Assembly: GCF_963921235.1 (NCBI RefSeq)
Contig: NC_086097.1
Location: 49,044,001 to 49,108,000 of the forward strand
Reading direction: 5' to 3'
Length of the DNA stretch: 64,000 bases
DNA from: Mobula hypostoma
Lineage: Eukaryota
Part shown: positions 23,841 to 38,152 of the stretch, one piece after another
How positions within the stretch are numbered: position 1 is the first letter of the stretch
Layout of the letters: each line of letters opens with the position of its first letter
The notes under the pieces: model-generated
Databases searched by the model: none
What the model saw: the letters and a program-made list of their open reading frames with translations, nothing else
Told to the model about the DNA's origin: nothing
Translations under genes and position numbers: made by a program

Positions 23841-25958
23841 CCCTGTTGTAGCTGGTGTGCAATGGCTATTCTGCTTTGAAAGAAATCATATCTCCCACCC
23901 CTCAGTGTAAGCAAAAGTTATCCTGATACATGATTTCATCCAAAAAGTAGATCATAGAAAATCTTCAGTAAAAACACTGGTTGCTAATAATACATGAACC
24001 TTACTGAAACAATTCTTGAAAGGCTAATCAAGCTTATAAGTGTGAAATTAAAAAGATTATTTTTTAATTTTTTAATCAACCACTTGAAGCGGTTCTCTGC
24101 TTCAGGAATGCCACTACTCAATTGAGCTGCCACATACTGTATAAGCAGTTTCTCGGTACAGTGTTTTAGCTACTGTTGTTAGTCTGGTGCTTGTGATCTT
24201 TCCTGGTATGTCTGAAACTTGGCAAAAAAAAAGGAACTCGGAAGCATCTTCTCCTTGTCCTCTCATTACTTCAGTGCATTTAAGGTGACAGAATTGTTTG
24301 TCCATTTGCACAAAAAATCATGAGAGTTGATAGAAATAAAATTGCACTAGTATATTGACTTTGAGAATGGCAAAGCATTAGAGTATTGTTGTAAAGAGCG
24401 ACACAATGAGAAGCTCATTAGTACTGTGTTTAAATATGAAATAACCTTCCAGTATGCAATTCAAATATCTTTCAGAAATATAATATTCTGCTGACTATTG
24501 ATTTTTATTTGGCATCCAGTACTCCATGGGACAGCTTTCCTCGAAGTCAATCTATTCTGTGCTCTCAGGGGTAGTATTACTCTTTCTTTGTCATTTTACT
24601 TAGTAGCCTTGGCTTTTTCTTTCTTTTAAAGGCCCTCTGGTACTGCCACGCCAGATGTGTGAATCTGTCTTTCTTGTGCCTGGTCAATGCTGTCCTTTCT
24701 GCAATTAATTTTTATCCTTAACTGTGCTCGTGCCTCTACATACATTTTTTGAAGGAAACAACTTGCATTTATTATGGTAACCAGATGGCCGAGAGCTAAC
24801 ACCCAACACCCAAGCTATTATCTCATAGTGCCCACACTAAATTCTGTGTTATTATACATGCAAAATAAATTGCTAAGCATACATTTTTTTTGTGTTTCCA
24901 TTAAAGCAACAGCTACCTGCTGTGTGTAGTATTAACTGTGATGATTTCTGTAGGATCTGAACTTTTTTTGCAAAGCACCTTATGTTGATTTTTATTCATA
25001 CGTTCATGTATTTTTGGCAGACTGTCATTTTATGGGTTCTTGATGCATTGGATACTATAGTTGAGCATTATCAGAGTAGGCCATCGTTCTAAATAAATCT
25101 GTTGCTAGTATTAGTTATCCATAGGAAATTCTTCAGGTAACTCTGGGGTCTTGCCATCCATGACCAGTTGGATTTTTTATTAAGATCTACAGAGGTGATA
25201 ATAGATAAAAAAAACTTAAGTATCCCAGATATGTTTTCTTGACATGGGAGTAAGTGTTAAAGTTAAAAAAAAAAATGAGGCCAGTTTTCTTTCCATTTTA
25301 TGGTCTTCAGTGTATGAGGAATTGTCAAATTCTTGCCATACTCCCAACCTGGAATCTCAAATTTATTGTCACATTGCTAGGGATTAGTTGCACTTCTGAT
25401 GACATCACGTAGTAGTCATCAATTTTTCTGTAAATGAGAGCCTCCTCTCAGCCTAAAGTTTATTACTATCCTTATAATAAGCATAAAAAATTGTGAGCAG
25501 TTGTTAGGCCTCCACCTTTTAGTTGTGGGTGATAATGGCTAAATCCAAATTATGTCTTTTTCCGGCATGTATACAAGTGTGCTTCCCAGGCATTCAAACA
25601 TCAGCTTACTCTGTGTAGTACATCATACTGGCTCAAGTCAGACATTATTCCTAAACTCAACATGGTCCTTGCAGCTACTGTTGATGTTTGTTTGGTTCAC
25701 TGTGTTGTCTCTTGACTCTGTAATGAAATTTTAAACTGGTGTTTAGTGTGTACCTAATGGGTGTAACGATTCCTTGAAAGATGCAGGCTACCCACTCATT
25801 CCCTTGCGTGTTACTGGCAAAACTGTATTAACTGGTCTCACATCTGTGTGGAGGCGTGTATCTCTTCAAAGAAAATACGTTAAAAATCTTGTGCAGAGAC
25901 TCAAATATCTCTGCTATAATAACAGAAAAATAAATTAGTAACACAAATATAAAATGGT

Positions 25959-26084
25959 AAATCTCTTACTAGCTTTTCTTTCAGTGTGTCCTGACGAAGG
26001 GTCTCGGCCCAAAACGTCGACTGTACCTCTTCCTAGAGATGCTGCCTGGCCTGCTGCATTCACCAGCAACTTTGATGTGTGTTG
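25959..26084 (+). mobile_element. Short Penelope-like terminus with hammerhead motif
   Basis: 11-bp TSD tataaaatggt (25948-25958 and 26085-26095); GTC-CTGACGA-A-GGGT-CTCG-GCCC-AAAA-CGTC-GAC, with G12 mutated. Confidence 0.8.
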
Positions 26085-26089
26085 TATAA

Positions 26090-26378
26090 AATGGTGGTAT
26101 AGTTGTGTGGTGGTTAGCACAACACTTTACAGTAGCAGCAGCCCAATTCCACTTCCCATTGCTGTCTGTAAGGCAGTTTGAGTGTTCTCCCTGTGACTGA
26201 GTGGGATTCCTCTGGGTGCTCTGGTTTCCTCCCTCAGCCCAAAGAAGTACTGGTTGGTAGGTTAATTGGTCATTGTAAGTTGTCCCGTGATTAGGCAAGG
26301 GTAAAATTGGGTGTTGCTGGCGATGCAGCTCGAAGAACTGGAAGGGCCTATTCCGCACTATATCTCAATAAATAAATT
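26090..26378 (+). mobile_element. tRNA-derived V-SINE (HE1-like)
   Basis: tRNA-like head gtggtggttagcac; core ttctccctgtgac...gggtgctctggtttcctccc; aataaataaa tail. Confidence 0.8.
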
Positions 26379-27043
26379 AGTGGCTGAATATGACACTGAC
26401 TAACTAGATTGGAGATGCATTGTTAGTTATTAACTGAAGGTGTACGTTTTTTGCATAACAGAAGATATAAAGTTTCTTCAGTCTGCTCCATTGATCAAGC
26501 ATTACCAATGAAACCTATTTTCTAAAGATGATCCAAATTAAATGTCTGTAAATAAGTTAAGGCTGATTGCAATGCTGGTCTTCAGTCAATGGTGTTGATA
26601 TTTTTAATTAGAGCATCACAATAAATAGTAGTTATATATTTCTATATACTTAGTGTTATAAGTAATGTATTGAATTTCACCGAAAAAATTATTTTGCTCA
26701 GATGCAATCAGAGGAAGAAATCATCAGAGATATAAGAATGAACAATATTGATGTTTTCAGTTAGGTTTAAAGATTTGAAATAAGAAGCAGTTCCATTAAA
26801 TGGGCTGTTGTGAGTTTGTAATCACTGGTGTAAGATAAGTGTTTAAACTCTGTTTATCTGAATCAGTCATCATTCTCCATATTGCCCATTTCCAAGCAAT
26901 TGATTTGTCCTTTGTATGAAGCTTCCCATAATATGCATTCTGAACATCAATCACTTTTGTAGCTGTAACTATAACTGAATAATACTTCAATTGTACAAAA
27001 GTATTGAGTGTTTTTATAACCCCTTTGTGTTTTTTTAAACCAG

Positions 27044-27243
27044 CAACTGAAGGTAATTCCCATTTGCCAGCAGTGTTTTGGAAATTATTGGTCATCATTT
27101 TGCTGAGTCTGGTGATCATTTTGCTCCATTATAATGAAAGAGCATCAAATATGTTTGAACAACTTCATTCAAAACTCATCAGTTATTGCCTGGAAATAAA
27201 ACATACAACTTCCAGCTGGTTGAATCGGAATAGAAAACATTAG
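27044..27243 (+). CDS. NRAC: NRAC-like last coding exon with one transmembrane segment (ATEGNSHLPAVFWKLLVIILLSLVIILLHYNERASNMFEQLHSKLISYCLEIKHTTSSWLNRNRKH*)
   Basis: Strong polypyrimidine acceptor ctttgtgtttttttaaaccag|, phase 1. Hydrophobic run followed by FEQLHSKL...IKH...W, resembling the NRAC C-terminus (LEDLRARL...LRH...W). TAG at 27241-27243. Confidence 0.8.
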
Positions 27244-29334
27244 AATATCCACAAATGTCAGGAACATCAGACAAACTAACTTCAGCAGAAAAACCTTCAA
27301 CAGCAAACATGAAAACATCTGCCTTAAGCAACTTTTTAAGTGGAAGAAGATGAAGACTTAAATTGAAAGAAGAAACAGCTATGAAAGTAATGTCTGTCGA
27401 TGGGAATTTGGAAAACTTTAAAACCACTGCTTTATTTTGTTTTGTTTTCAAATATTTTATAATTCATTCAAATCACAGATTATTTCACACCAACATCTAA
27501 TGTAATTCCCATACCAGAATCAAATCCATGTGAGATATATCATGGTGTGAAGTGGACTAGTATGAAATATCTTACCGCTTTATTTCAATACGGCTGGAAA
27601 ATTATTGTTAAAATTAAATGATCTTTCCCAATCTAAGTTAGTAGTTTATAGCTACAAATCTAAAACTTATTTATTTTGTCTTTCGTTGTATTGGAAGTGT
27701 ACTGTCTGTTCCCAGTACGGAACATTGTACTTTTGAGTGCCCGAAGGATTCAGATCATCATACAGCCTGAAGGTTCAAAACCAGATTATTGCTGAATATA
27801 TCCTGAATGAATCCCGTTGTAGAAAACAAACATGCAACGTCACTACCGCAAAAGTGGGGCGGATGTGTGAACTGCAAGAAGGTTGAGATCTTCTTGACTT
27901 TTAACTTTGCTTCTGGCTATTAATATCACTAGGAATTTTCTTTTTAAACCAGCTGATAACTTTAAAAGATATTACTAGATGAAATTTATGGCTTTAGAGG
28001 GAAAGTTCAAATTAAATTTATTATCAAAGTGCATTAAGGGTACCATATATTACATCGAGATTCACTTTTCTTGCAGATAGAAAAACTGAAATGCAATAGC
28101 TTTTCAAAAAACAATGCATAAACAAAGACTAACAACCAATGTGCAAAGCAGTTATTGTCATGATAAAAACAAACACTTGAATAGAGGAAGGAACCAAAAC
28201 ACAAGTAAGCTTAGAGCAGTTTATTATTACTAATGAGCATTCAAAATATTGAACAATTGTTAAAAGGAAAATATTTTGCTCTAAATTTCTGCTGGATATT
28301 TGAGCTAAACACATAATATAATTATAGCTCTAAATTCTACATACTGATAAGGTAATTAAAGTTTCAGCCATTGCCTCTATTTGCACAGTTTGAGAGTTTG
28401 GAGATAAGATTCATTTTCATAAACAGTATTTTCAGGACTTGAGCAATCTTGCTACTAAGAGATGGGGTGCAAATGAGGAACGAAAGGTATAAAAATAAAA
28501 ACACTAGAAATAATTTAATTTGACTATGCAGAAACGCAAAGGCATTTTTAATATTTTCAATACAGTATAACTTAGAATAAAATGTGGTTCCAAATTTCTA
28601 TTTTTAAATTATTAGTTCATGTGCCATCTCAAATCAGCAGATGCATTTAATTACCTTCATTTGGATTATTACGATTACTCAATCTGACCATTATTCATTT
28701 AAAAGTATACTGTATTACAGGTTTGAAAAGAGAAGTATGCCACCATTCCTATTATTGATTCAATAATGAGCTAATATTATTAGAGTCATTATTACCAATG
28801 GACCTGCGTTATTTATTAACCGTGATTGTACTATTAAGCTTTGTTATGACTCAGAGTGAGATCTTGGAACTTCTGCCCCTGCACAAGCATCTTTAGCTTC
28901 ATTTGGGAGCAGCTATCTTAACTGTCAAATGTTATTCATTCTGTTTAGATAGCAGATATGTTCCGATGAATTATTTTGGGACATGATTAAACCAGAAGCT
29001 GGGAAACCCAGAGGTGAGAAAAACAGCCAATAGATGAAGGTTACATTTCAGACCAATGACTTTTCATCATGATTAATGAAAGCTCTTTGACTGGAAGTAT
29101 TAGCTCTCCTTTACTCTGCAAACATGCTGTCTGACCTGCTGAGTGTTTCCAGTGTTTTCTGTACTATTTTGGGTTTCCTGCATTCCAGAGTTTTACGTTC
29201 TGTTCATTAAAACACTGTACTTAAATGAATCTGGCAAAAGCTGAAACAAATTTCCTCTTTTCCTCATTATTTACTCAAATAACTTGTTAAAACAATGTAA
29301 CCATAATGATACAAGAACCCTGGTGCATCTCGGA

Positions 29335-31245
29335 GCCATAGCACACTACAGCACAGAAACTGGTTCCTCGGCTTATCTAGTCTGTGCTGAACTGTTGCTC
29401 TGCCTAGTCCGATCGACCCACACATGGACCATAGACATTCATACCCCTCCCATTCATGTACTTATGCACATTTATATTAAATGTTGAAATCAAAATCACA
29501 TCCATCACTTCCACTAGCAGCTCATGCTACACTCTCATCACCTTCTGAGTGAAGAAGTTCCCCCTCAGGTATCCTTTAAACATTACGCCTTTGAAGCTTA
29601 ACCCATGACATCTCATTCTAGTCTCATCCAACCTTGGTAGAAAAACCCTGCTTGCATTTACCCTGTCTATACCCCTCATAATTTTGTATACCTTTATCAA
29701 ATCTCTCCTCATTCTCCTACACTCCAGGGAATGAAGTTGTAACCTGTTCAATCTTTCCCTATAACTCCAGTCCTGAAGTCCTGGCAACATCTTGTCAATT
29801 TTCAGAATCAGAATCAAATCAGGTTTATTACCACCGGCATGTGTCGTGAAATTTGTCAACTTAGCAGAAGCAGTTCAATGCAATACATAATATAGAAGAA
29901 AAAAAAAATTTAAAATAAATAAATTAATTAATCAATTACGCTATATGCATATTGAATAGATTAAAAATTGTGCAAAAACAGAAATAATATATATTAACAA
30001 AGTGAGGTAGTGTTCATGGGTTCAAGGTCCATTTAGGAATCAGATGGCATAGAGGAAGAAGCTGTTCCTGAATCGCTGAGTGTGTACCTTCAGACTTCTG
30101 TACCTCCTACCTGATGGTGACATTGAGAATAAGGGCACGCCCTGGGTGCTGGGGTTCCTTAATAATGGACGCTGCATTTCTGAAACACAGCTCCTTGAAG
30201 ACGTCCTGGGTTCTTCGTAGGCTAGTACCCAAGATGGAGCCGACTAAATTTATGACCCTCTGCAGTTTCTTTCGGTCCTGTGCAGTAGCATACCAAATCT
30301 CCTCAAGCTCCTAATGAAGTATAGTCACTGTCTTGTCTTCTTTAGAACTGCATCGATATGTTGGGACCAGGTTAGATCCTCAGAGATCTTGACACCCAGG
30401 AACTTGAAACTGCTCACTCTCTCCACTTCTGATCCCTCTATGAGGATTGGTATGTGTTCCTTTGTCCTCACCTTCCTGAAGTCCACAATCAGCTCTTTCG
30501 TCTTATTGACATTGAGTGCAAGGTTGTTGCAGCAACACCACTCCACTCTTTTCCATCCGAGACTCTACCAACAATGGTTGTATCATCAGCAAATTTATAG
30601 ATGACATTTGAGCTATACCTAGCCACACAATCATGGATAAAGAGAGAGTAGAGCAGTGGGCTAAGTACACGTCTCTGAGGTACACAAGTGTTGATCATCA
30701 GCAAGGAGGAGATAATATCACCAATCTGCACAGATTGTGGTCTTCTGGTTAGGAAGTCAAGGATCCAATTGCAGAGGGAGGTACAGAGGGCCAGATTCTG
30801 TAACTTATCAATCAGGATCATGGGAATGATGGTGTTAAATGCTGAGCTATAGTCGATGAACACATCCTGACATAGGTGTTTGTATTTTTCTAGACTTTTT
30901 CAATCTTATTAATATCTTTCCTGTAGGTAGATGACCAGAACTGCATACAATTCTCCAAATGAGGTCTTACCAATGTCTCATACAACTTCACATAACATCC
31001 CAACTCCTGTACGCAACACTTTGATTTATAAAGACCAATGTCCAAAAGCTCTATTTACGATCCTATATACCTGTGATGACACTTTCAAGGAATTATGGAT
31101 CTGTATTCCCAGATCCCTCGGTTTTAGGGCACTGTGTAAGCCCTACCTTGGTTTGCCCTCCCAAAGAGAAACACCTCATGCTTGTCTGCATTAAATACCA
31201 TCTACCATTTTTCAGACTAATTTTCCAGCTAGTCCAGATTTTAAA
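29335..31245 (-). mobile_element. CR1 3' fragment interrupted by a Rex1-like LINE
   Basis: SYRERLNRL...DLIKVYKIMRG at 29527-29800; CR1 sequence resumes at about 30890. Confidence 0.85.
29805..30890 (-). mobile_element. Rex1/Babar-like LINE (RT C-terminal half)
   Basis: [23 protein letters not shown] and [19 protein letters not shown]; cagaatcagaatc tail. Confidence 0.88.
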
Positions 31246-32829
31246 GATTTTTTTTCTGTTTATGCCTTTCTTTCAATAATTGACTGTGATAGCTAGTATG
31301 TCTATGATCTTCAGTCTACAGCAAAGAAAAATGTACTTGGAGCATCTCTAGTCTTAATTTCCATGCATTTTTTTGTAACCAACTATATACTCATTATTCA
31401 GGATATCTCCCTAACAGGTCTGCATAGAAAAAATAACCATATCCACTGACCCATGCCTTAATGCTTAATTTCACTGAATGGGACAAAAGTCGTATTAGCA
31501 TCCTATTAATTCAAAGAAAGTAAAGCGTAAGATATTTAACTAAAAGCATCAGTGAAAGCTGATTACTTCCATCTAGTTAGAAATGCAGCTGACTGAAATT
31601 TCAATTTAAAATTTTTTAAAAATTGAAGTGGTTTATTAGGCACAATTATGATACTGGCTTAAAGTCACTACTGTATATGTTCGTAGTGGTTATTTCGTGT
31701 TCATTTTAAAATCATCTAACTATCCTGGAGCAAAAGATGCCTTAACTTAAAAACACAATGTGTGTCCTATTGATACAAAACCAGCATACACAACGCTTCC
31801 ATATCTCTTGATACCTGTATGTCATTTATAGTCTACCATATATTCAATCTTATCTTGGGTATCATCATAGATAAGCTGAAATTTGCAGGAATAAAAATGA
31901 GATCTGATTTTAACCTTGTTCCAATGTTTAGAAATAATTAGCTATTTTTGATTAAAATACACCTGAATCTTCCATAAGTAAGGGCATTTTGATAAAGGGA
32001 TGTGTTATCGCAAATGTAGCAAATATTATGCTTATATAACTGATGTTTGTGAATTGTTTTCTTATATTGTGTTGAGTTCCAATTTTTGTTTTTACCATGA
32101 TTAATTCAACTTGTTGTCCACATAGATCATTCAATGAAAGCATAAAGACAGATCATTAAGTTTAGCTTGACTAATTACTTTATTGGTCATATGTTGTAAA
32201 AATCTAAGCCTGAAAACAATACTAAAATGAACATCAATACAATGCTAAGTTATCACTTTTTATTTGGAGAACTAACATGGGACTAGTTCTAAATTCTAGT
32301 ATTGTGCAAGGTTCACAATTCGTTGTGGCATTTCCTGGGGGTCACTGTTTAAAAATAAAGGGCCATGACAGCAAAGAGGTTAAAAAAAATCTTTGAGAGG
32401 GCTGTGCACCTTTAGAACACTGTCTCTATCCTTTGAGGAAGTATGTCTTTAAATATTTCTAAAGCAAAAGTGGATAATTTCTCACCCCATTGTTTATCAA
32501 GACTTTATCAGAATAGGTGAGGTTAGGTGTTTGCTGCTTGTAAAGCTACTTATACATAAAAATAATGGCAAGGTAGCATAATCTAAACAGTCTTATATTT
32601 TTAGAACTGTACTTACAGTATTTTTTAGATGCTTCCTTTATGTTTTCAGTCCTAAAAAGTCATTATTGGTCAATCTGCATTGAAACAGGTAGGAACAGTT
32701 TCATCTTTGGTCCAGAACCTGTCACTGGAATGAAATAACATTTTGGCCAAAATGGGCTGCCAACAATGAGCCACTATACTCACTACTTCCCCTTGTGTTA
32801 AGTATAGATATAAACTCCTCCTTGGTCCA

Positions 32830-34045
32830 AATATATAAGCATTTTAATAGACATGGACTGCTTAAGGATAGTCAGCATGACTTTGTGCATGCTAAGTCAT
32901 ATCTAAACAATCTTATAGAGTTTTTTGAGGAAGTTGTTAGGAATGCAGATGAAGGCAAGGTGCTGGGTGTTGTCTACACGGACTTTGAGTAAGGCATTTG
33001 ATAAGGTCCCGCATGAGAGTAGTAGTAAAGGGTTGCCTCACTGACTGGAGGCCTGTGACTAGTGGTGTGCCACAGGGATTGGTGCTGGGTCCAATGTTGT
33101 TCGTCATCTATATCGATAGATTATAGGTTAAATGGATCAGCAAATTTGTAGATGACACCAAGATTGGTGGTGTAACGGGCAATGATGCATAGATTGCAGA
33201 GGGATCTGCATCAGCTGGAAAATTGCCTGAAAAATGACAGGTGTAATTTAATGCAGACAAGGGTGAGGTTTTGCACTTCAGCAGGACTAACCAGGGTAGG
33301 TCTTACACAGTGAATGGTAGGGCACTGAGGAATGTGGTAGAACAAAGGAATCTGGAAATACAGGTACATAATTTGTTGGAAGTGACATCACAGGTAGACA
33401 GGGTTGTAAAGAAAGCTTTTGGCATATTGACCTTCATAAATTAATCTGCTGAGAAGATGGGATGTTATGCTGAGGTTGTATAAGGCACAGGTGAAGCCTA
33501 ATTTGGAATATTGTTTACAGTAAGGGTCACGTACCTACAGGAAAATGTAAACAAGAATGAAAGCCTGCAGAGAAAATTTACAAGAATGTTAACAAGTCTG
33601 GAGGACCTGAATTATAAGGTTAGGACTGTATTCTTTAGAATGTAGAAGACTGAGAGGAGATTTGATAGAGGTATACAAAATTATGAGGGGTATAGATAGG
33701 GTAAATGCAAGCAGACTTTTTCCACTGAGTCTGGGTGGGACTACAACCAGTGGTCATGGGTTAAGGGTGAAAGATGAGAAGGTTAAGGGGAACTTGATGG
33801 AAAACTTCTTCGCTCAGAGAGTCATGAGAGTTGTAATGAACTGCCAGCGCAGGTGGTCCATGCGAGTTCAATTTCAATGTTTAAGAGAAGTTTGGATAGA
33901 TACATCAATGGTTTGGAGGGCTATGGTCCCTGTGCAGGTCGTTGGGTGTAGGCAGTTTAAATGGTTTCAGCATGGACTAGATAAGCTGAAGGGCCTGATT
34001 CTCTGCTGTACTTCTCTATGACTTTATGGCTCTATAACTCTATGA
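32830..34045 (+). mobile_element. Degraded CR1 LINE
   Basis: NLIEFFEEV, GVPQG and VYKIMRGIDRVN; (ACTCTATG)-like tail. Confidence 0.9.
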
Positions 34046-36601
34046 CCAATTTGGTGCCAGCACATTGCAGCGAAGTCCAGCCAATGAACTGAGTTTCCAC
34101 CCACTGCCATTTACCCATAAAGCAGCAACACAACTGAGTGCAGAGCACAAAAAAATGGGCATTTGACTTACACATGCATATACATAGACAAGAGATGACT
34201 GATCTTCATTTTAAACCAAATTAATAAAAGAAGATCGTACACGTTACTTCATGGATATGTGATGCCTCCTCCCTTCCTCCAGAATTGTCCAAACAATACC
34301 AAAAATACTTTACAGGGAGCTAGCACCTGCTAACCCAATCTGTGATGTTTGTTCTCTTTGAAAACTATCTTCAATTTTTAGATCTTCCATTGTTTTTTTC
34401 TCCTCACATTTTAAATCCTACTTTGGAGGTGGAAGCCTTTGCAATAATTTATGCTTTGGTAGTCTGAAAGTAGTTGCATTGTGAAAAATTCAAAGTTTCT
34501 AGATTATTTTTTGGGCTTTTAAATTGGAAGACCGAGTGATGACTGAAAGGCTGACAGTCAGTAGAATCCAGTCATGCCCACAGGAATAAATTTCAACAGT
34601 GCTGTATCTTTACCCATTCAGCTGTTGATGAGCGGATGGGTTGTTAAATTTCCCCTTGTCATTCCATGTCTTTTGTAACACCAAATCTCTTCACCAAAAT
34701 GGCTAGTTCTGGAGAGACAACGCTGAAAAAATGTAGTCTTGAATATATAAAGATTTGCATTGGACTATGCTGTAAAACTCTTAAATAAAACCTGAAAGAT
34801 TTTAAATAAAGTTACAGATATTCTATTTACTTTCAACAAATCAATAAAAAGAGTACTTAAATATGAAATGTGAGATGTGTCAGTGACTTCATTGTATTAA
34901 AGGACACACAGGCAAATTTCAAACAGCCATTAACTCACAGAAACAGAACAAATGCTTCTATTTTCACATAAAATCTAAACAAGCTAATCTGTTATGTACG
35001 TGCAAAGTTGATATTTTAAACTGGGCTAGGTAACTATCATCTATTTGAATTTGTAAATGCACTATTCCCAGCATGATGAATACTGTAATCATCAATGAAT
35101 TTACAGAGCAAGTATTATCTGGCAACAGAGAAATCACAAAGGATTACAAATCAGTGAAGATGAATGTGTCCAACAAACAAAGGTTAGGAATTTGGTAAAG
35201 AATCAACCCTGATAAGATAATGCATTTTATTTTAAGCAACAGTAAGATGGTCTGCCGGTCCTACATTGGACATTTCTTCCATAAAACTGCCTGTGAGACC
35301 AAAAGTGGAATTCAGGCGCAATTGTGTACTTGGACAGATGGAGGTCCATGAGCACGATTGCAACTGAGCAAATATTATTGTTGTCGGTTTGTTAAGGACA
35401 TACACTATTGTCCCAGACTCCTCATGGATGGCTTTAACTAGCAATTACAAAGTTAGAATGGCTTGTAAATTAGGTTATCTATCCATTCCATAAATTAATT
35501 TGAGCTGATCCAATATTACATGCTACTGCTAATATTGTTTCCTGAAACCCAGATTTTAAAAAAACACACCTGCCATGCACAAAAGTTAAAATCTGGCATC
35601 ACAACAGTCGACCAATCCTTTATGTGAGGGAGTGTTAATACAGGTTATTTAGTAGGTTTTAGTTTTTATTGTGTAACCGTATAACACATGATGTGTGGAG
35701 TCATACTGATAGACTTTGAGTTCCACACAAGAGTTAACTTTTAACGCCTCGAGCTGTAGAATTAGTATGTATATTTCGGGAGACTTTCATTGCAAGTTGT
35801 CCCTTCAAATATTGGAGATGATTAAACTATCCATCAAACGTAATGTGTACTCTTAAAAATGACCAGACTGCAATAAAACATGTTCAAACCACCCAGCAGT
35901 GTGGAAGGATTTATTACGGAAGAATTGTAATTCGTGGGAGCTTATGCTTCTCGGAAGGCCATATTGAGGTTTTTGGGATCTCACTTTCAGCTATTAATCA
36001 AATTCTCGCCTGCAAAGAAAAAGAAGAAACCATGGTAAGTTAACTAATCACTTGTTTTTCATTTCCGTATTTAAATTTAGGTGTTATTGTATAACAAGCT
36101 GTATGATAATTGTATGATTGTTATCTTTTCCCATAAACTGGTAATCCAAACAAGAAATTTTTAGCAGACGTATTCTCATTTAACTTAGTAGGATATAATA
36201 CTGTGTGTTACCATCTGGCCAATTATAGAAAAAAGAAGAGTTTCCCTTATTAAGTAGACTATCTTTCTTGAACTGCTCTCCTCTGCTATTTTTATTACTG
36301 TTTTCATCACCTTTGTATCATGCACTTTTCTCATTTGAAAATTGCACCCCTTAATTGAATTTTATCATGACGTAGCCACTTCAATTGCAAAGGAATGACA
36401 ATTTGGCACTCATCAGTCCTATTCCAGCTGTGTGACTTGCCGTCTCCATCGTACATCTTCAATACCTTGTCCTTCTCAACTATCTAAAATTCCCTTCTCC
36501 CAATGTAGCACTTTCTTCCACATGTATGAATGACGTACAATTGAATGATAGTGCTGTAACAAAGCTGCTCAAGGGAGAGGATAGCCTTAAGGTGAGAACT
36601 A

Positions 36602-37167
36602 CATTCAGTGGCCACTTTATTAGATACATCTGCACACCTGCTTGTAATGCAAGTATATAATCAGCCAATCATGTGGCAGCATCTGAACGCATAAAAGCAT
36701 GCTGACATGGTCAAGGGGTTCTGTTGTTGTTCAGACCAAACATCAGAACAGGGCAGGGAAGAAATGTGATCTAAGTGACTTTGACCATGGAATGATTGTT
36801 GGTGCCAGATGGGGTGGTTTGCATATCTGAGAAATTCCTGATCTCCTGGGGGTTTCACACACAACAATCTCTAGAGTTTACATGGAATGGTGCAAAAACA
36901 ATAAAACAAACAGTGGGGGGATTTTTTGGGGGCAAAATTGCCTTCTCAATGAGAGAGGTTGAAGGAGAATGGCCAGACTGGTTTAAACTGATAGGAAGAC
37001 AACAGTAACTCAAATAACTGATACAACAATGGTGTACAAAAGAGCATCTCTGAATGCACAACGTGTTGAGCCTTGAAGTGACTGGGCTACAGCAGAAGAA
37101 CACAAACATACACACAGTGGTCATTTTATTAGGTCAAGGAGGAACCTAATAAAGTGGCCACTGAGTG
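36602..37167 (+). mobile_element. Non-autonomous Tc1/mariner element
   Basis: TIRs cattcagtggccactttattag / ctaataaagtggccactgagtg flanked by TA (36600-36601 and 37168-37169); decayed transposase N-terminus (DLSDFDHGMIVGAR). Confidence 0.88.
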
Positions 37168-37689
37168 TAAATGACAACCTCATCCTGTCATCTTTACCAT
37201 TTTGATAACAATTCACAATTCACCAGCAACATAATGAAACTGTGGAATGTTAATTGAAGAAGTCAGTTGTTACTGTACATTCTTGGGATAATAATGTTGT
37301 ACCCACCCCACTCCACCCCAGACATTTTTGACAAATCAACCATTTCCTATACTTCATCAGTTAAAGCTCCATCTGCTTCTCATCACACTTTCAGCAATAG
37401 AAAACCATTTTTGTAGTTAATTTCAACCTTTGTCGTTTGCTTTACAGATGGTTTCCAGATAACATTAGAGATATTTAAAGTAATTGGTAGAAATAGAGGC
37501 GATAAGGAAAATATTTTCACCCAGGGAAATCAGCAGAAACCTATAGTGCTTTTATGATGTGCCTAGTTTGGGTGTGCACGTGGATATGGTGTAAGTTTTG
37601 TGTAAATGTTCCAGGGTTCTATGGAAGTTTGGATTGCTGTTCCTAGTTTACCATTTGGTATCCATGAGGATTCCCACACAATGTTGATA

Positions 37690-37870
37690 TGAAACAGTTG
37701 CTCAGTTATAAGCCACAGTCTCGCTGCATGTCTCCCATGACTCAGGTCTGATCCTGACATCCGTTGCTACGTGGAGTTTGCACACTCTTCCTGAGAATGT
37801 GTGGGCTTTCTCACATGCTCTGGATTCCTCCGCTCCTCAAAAACATGCTGGTAGGTTCATCGGCTTCTGC
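37690..37870 (+). mobile_element. Degraded V-SINE
   Basis: gtggagtttgcacactcttcc...gtgggctttc...tgctctggattcctcc core. Confidence 0.55.
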
Positions 37871-38118
37871 CAAAGAGTAAGTTGGCTAGCAGGAGAAAGG
37901 ATATTGGCTATCAGGTAAGTCAGTGAGCATGTGAGACTGTACCATTTACAGGGAATTATGGATAAATGCTATAGATGGGTTTTCTCTGAGAACTGGCACA
38001 GAATATAATTAGAATCAAAATCAGGTTTAATATCACTGACATATATCGTGAAATTTGTTGTTTTGCGGCAGCGGTACATTGTACTACATAGTAATAAAAC
38101 TATGAATTACAATAAGAT

Positions 38119-38145
<27 letters not shown>
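38119..38145. repeat. (CA)n microsatellite
   Basis: Run of ac dinucleotides. Confidence 0.9.
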
Positions 38146-38152
<7 letters not shown>

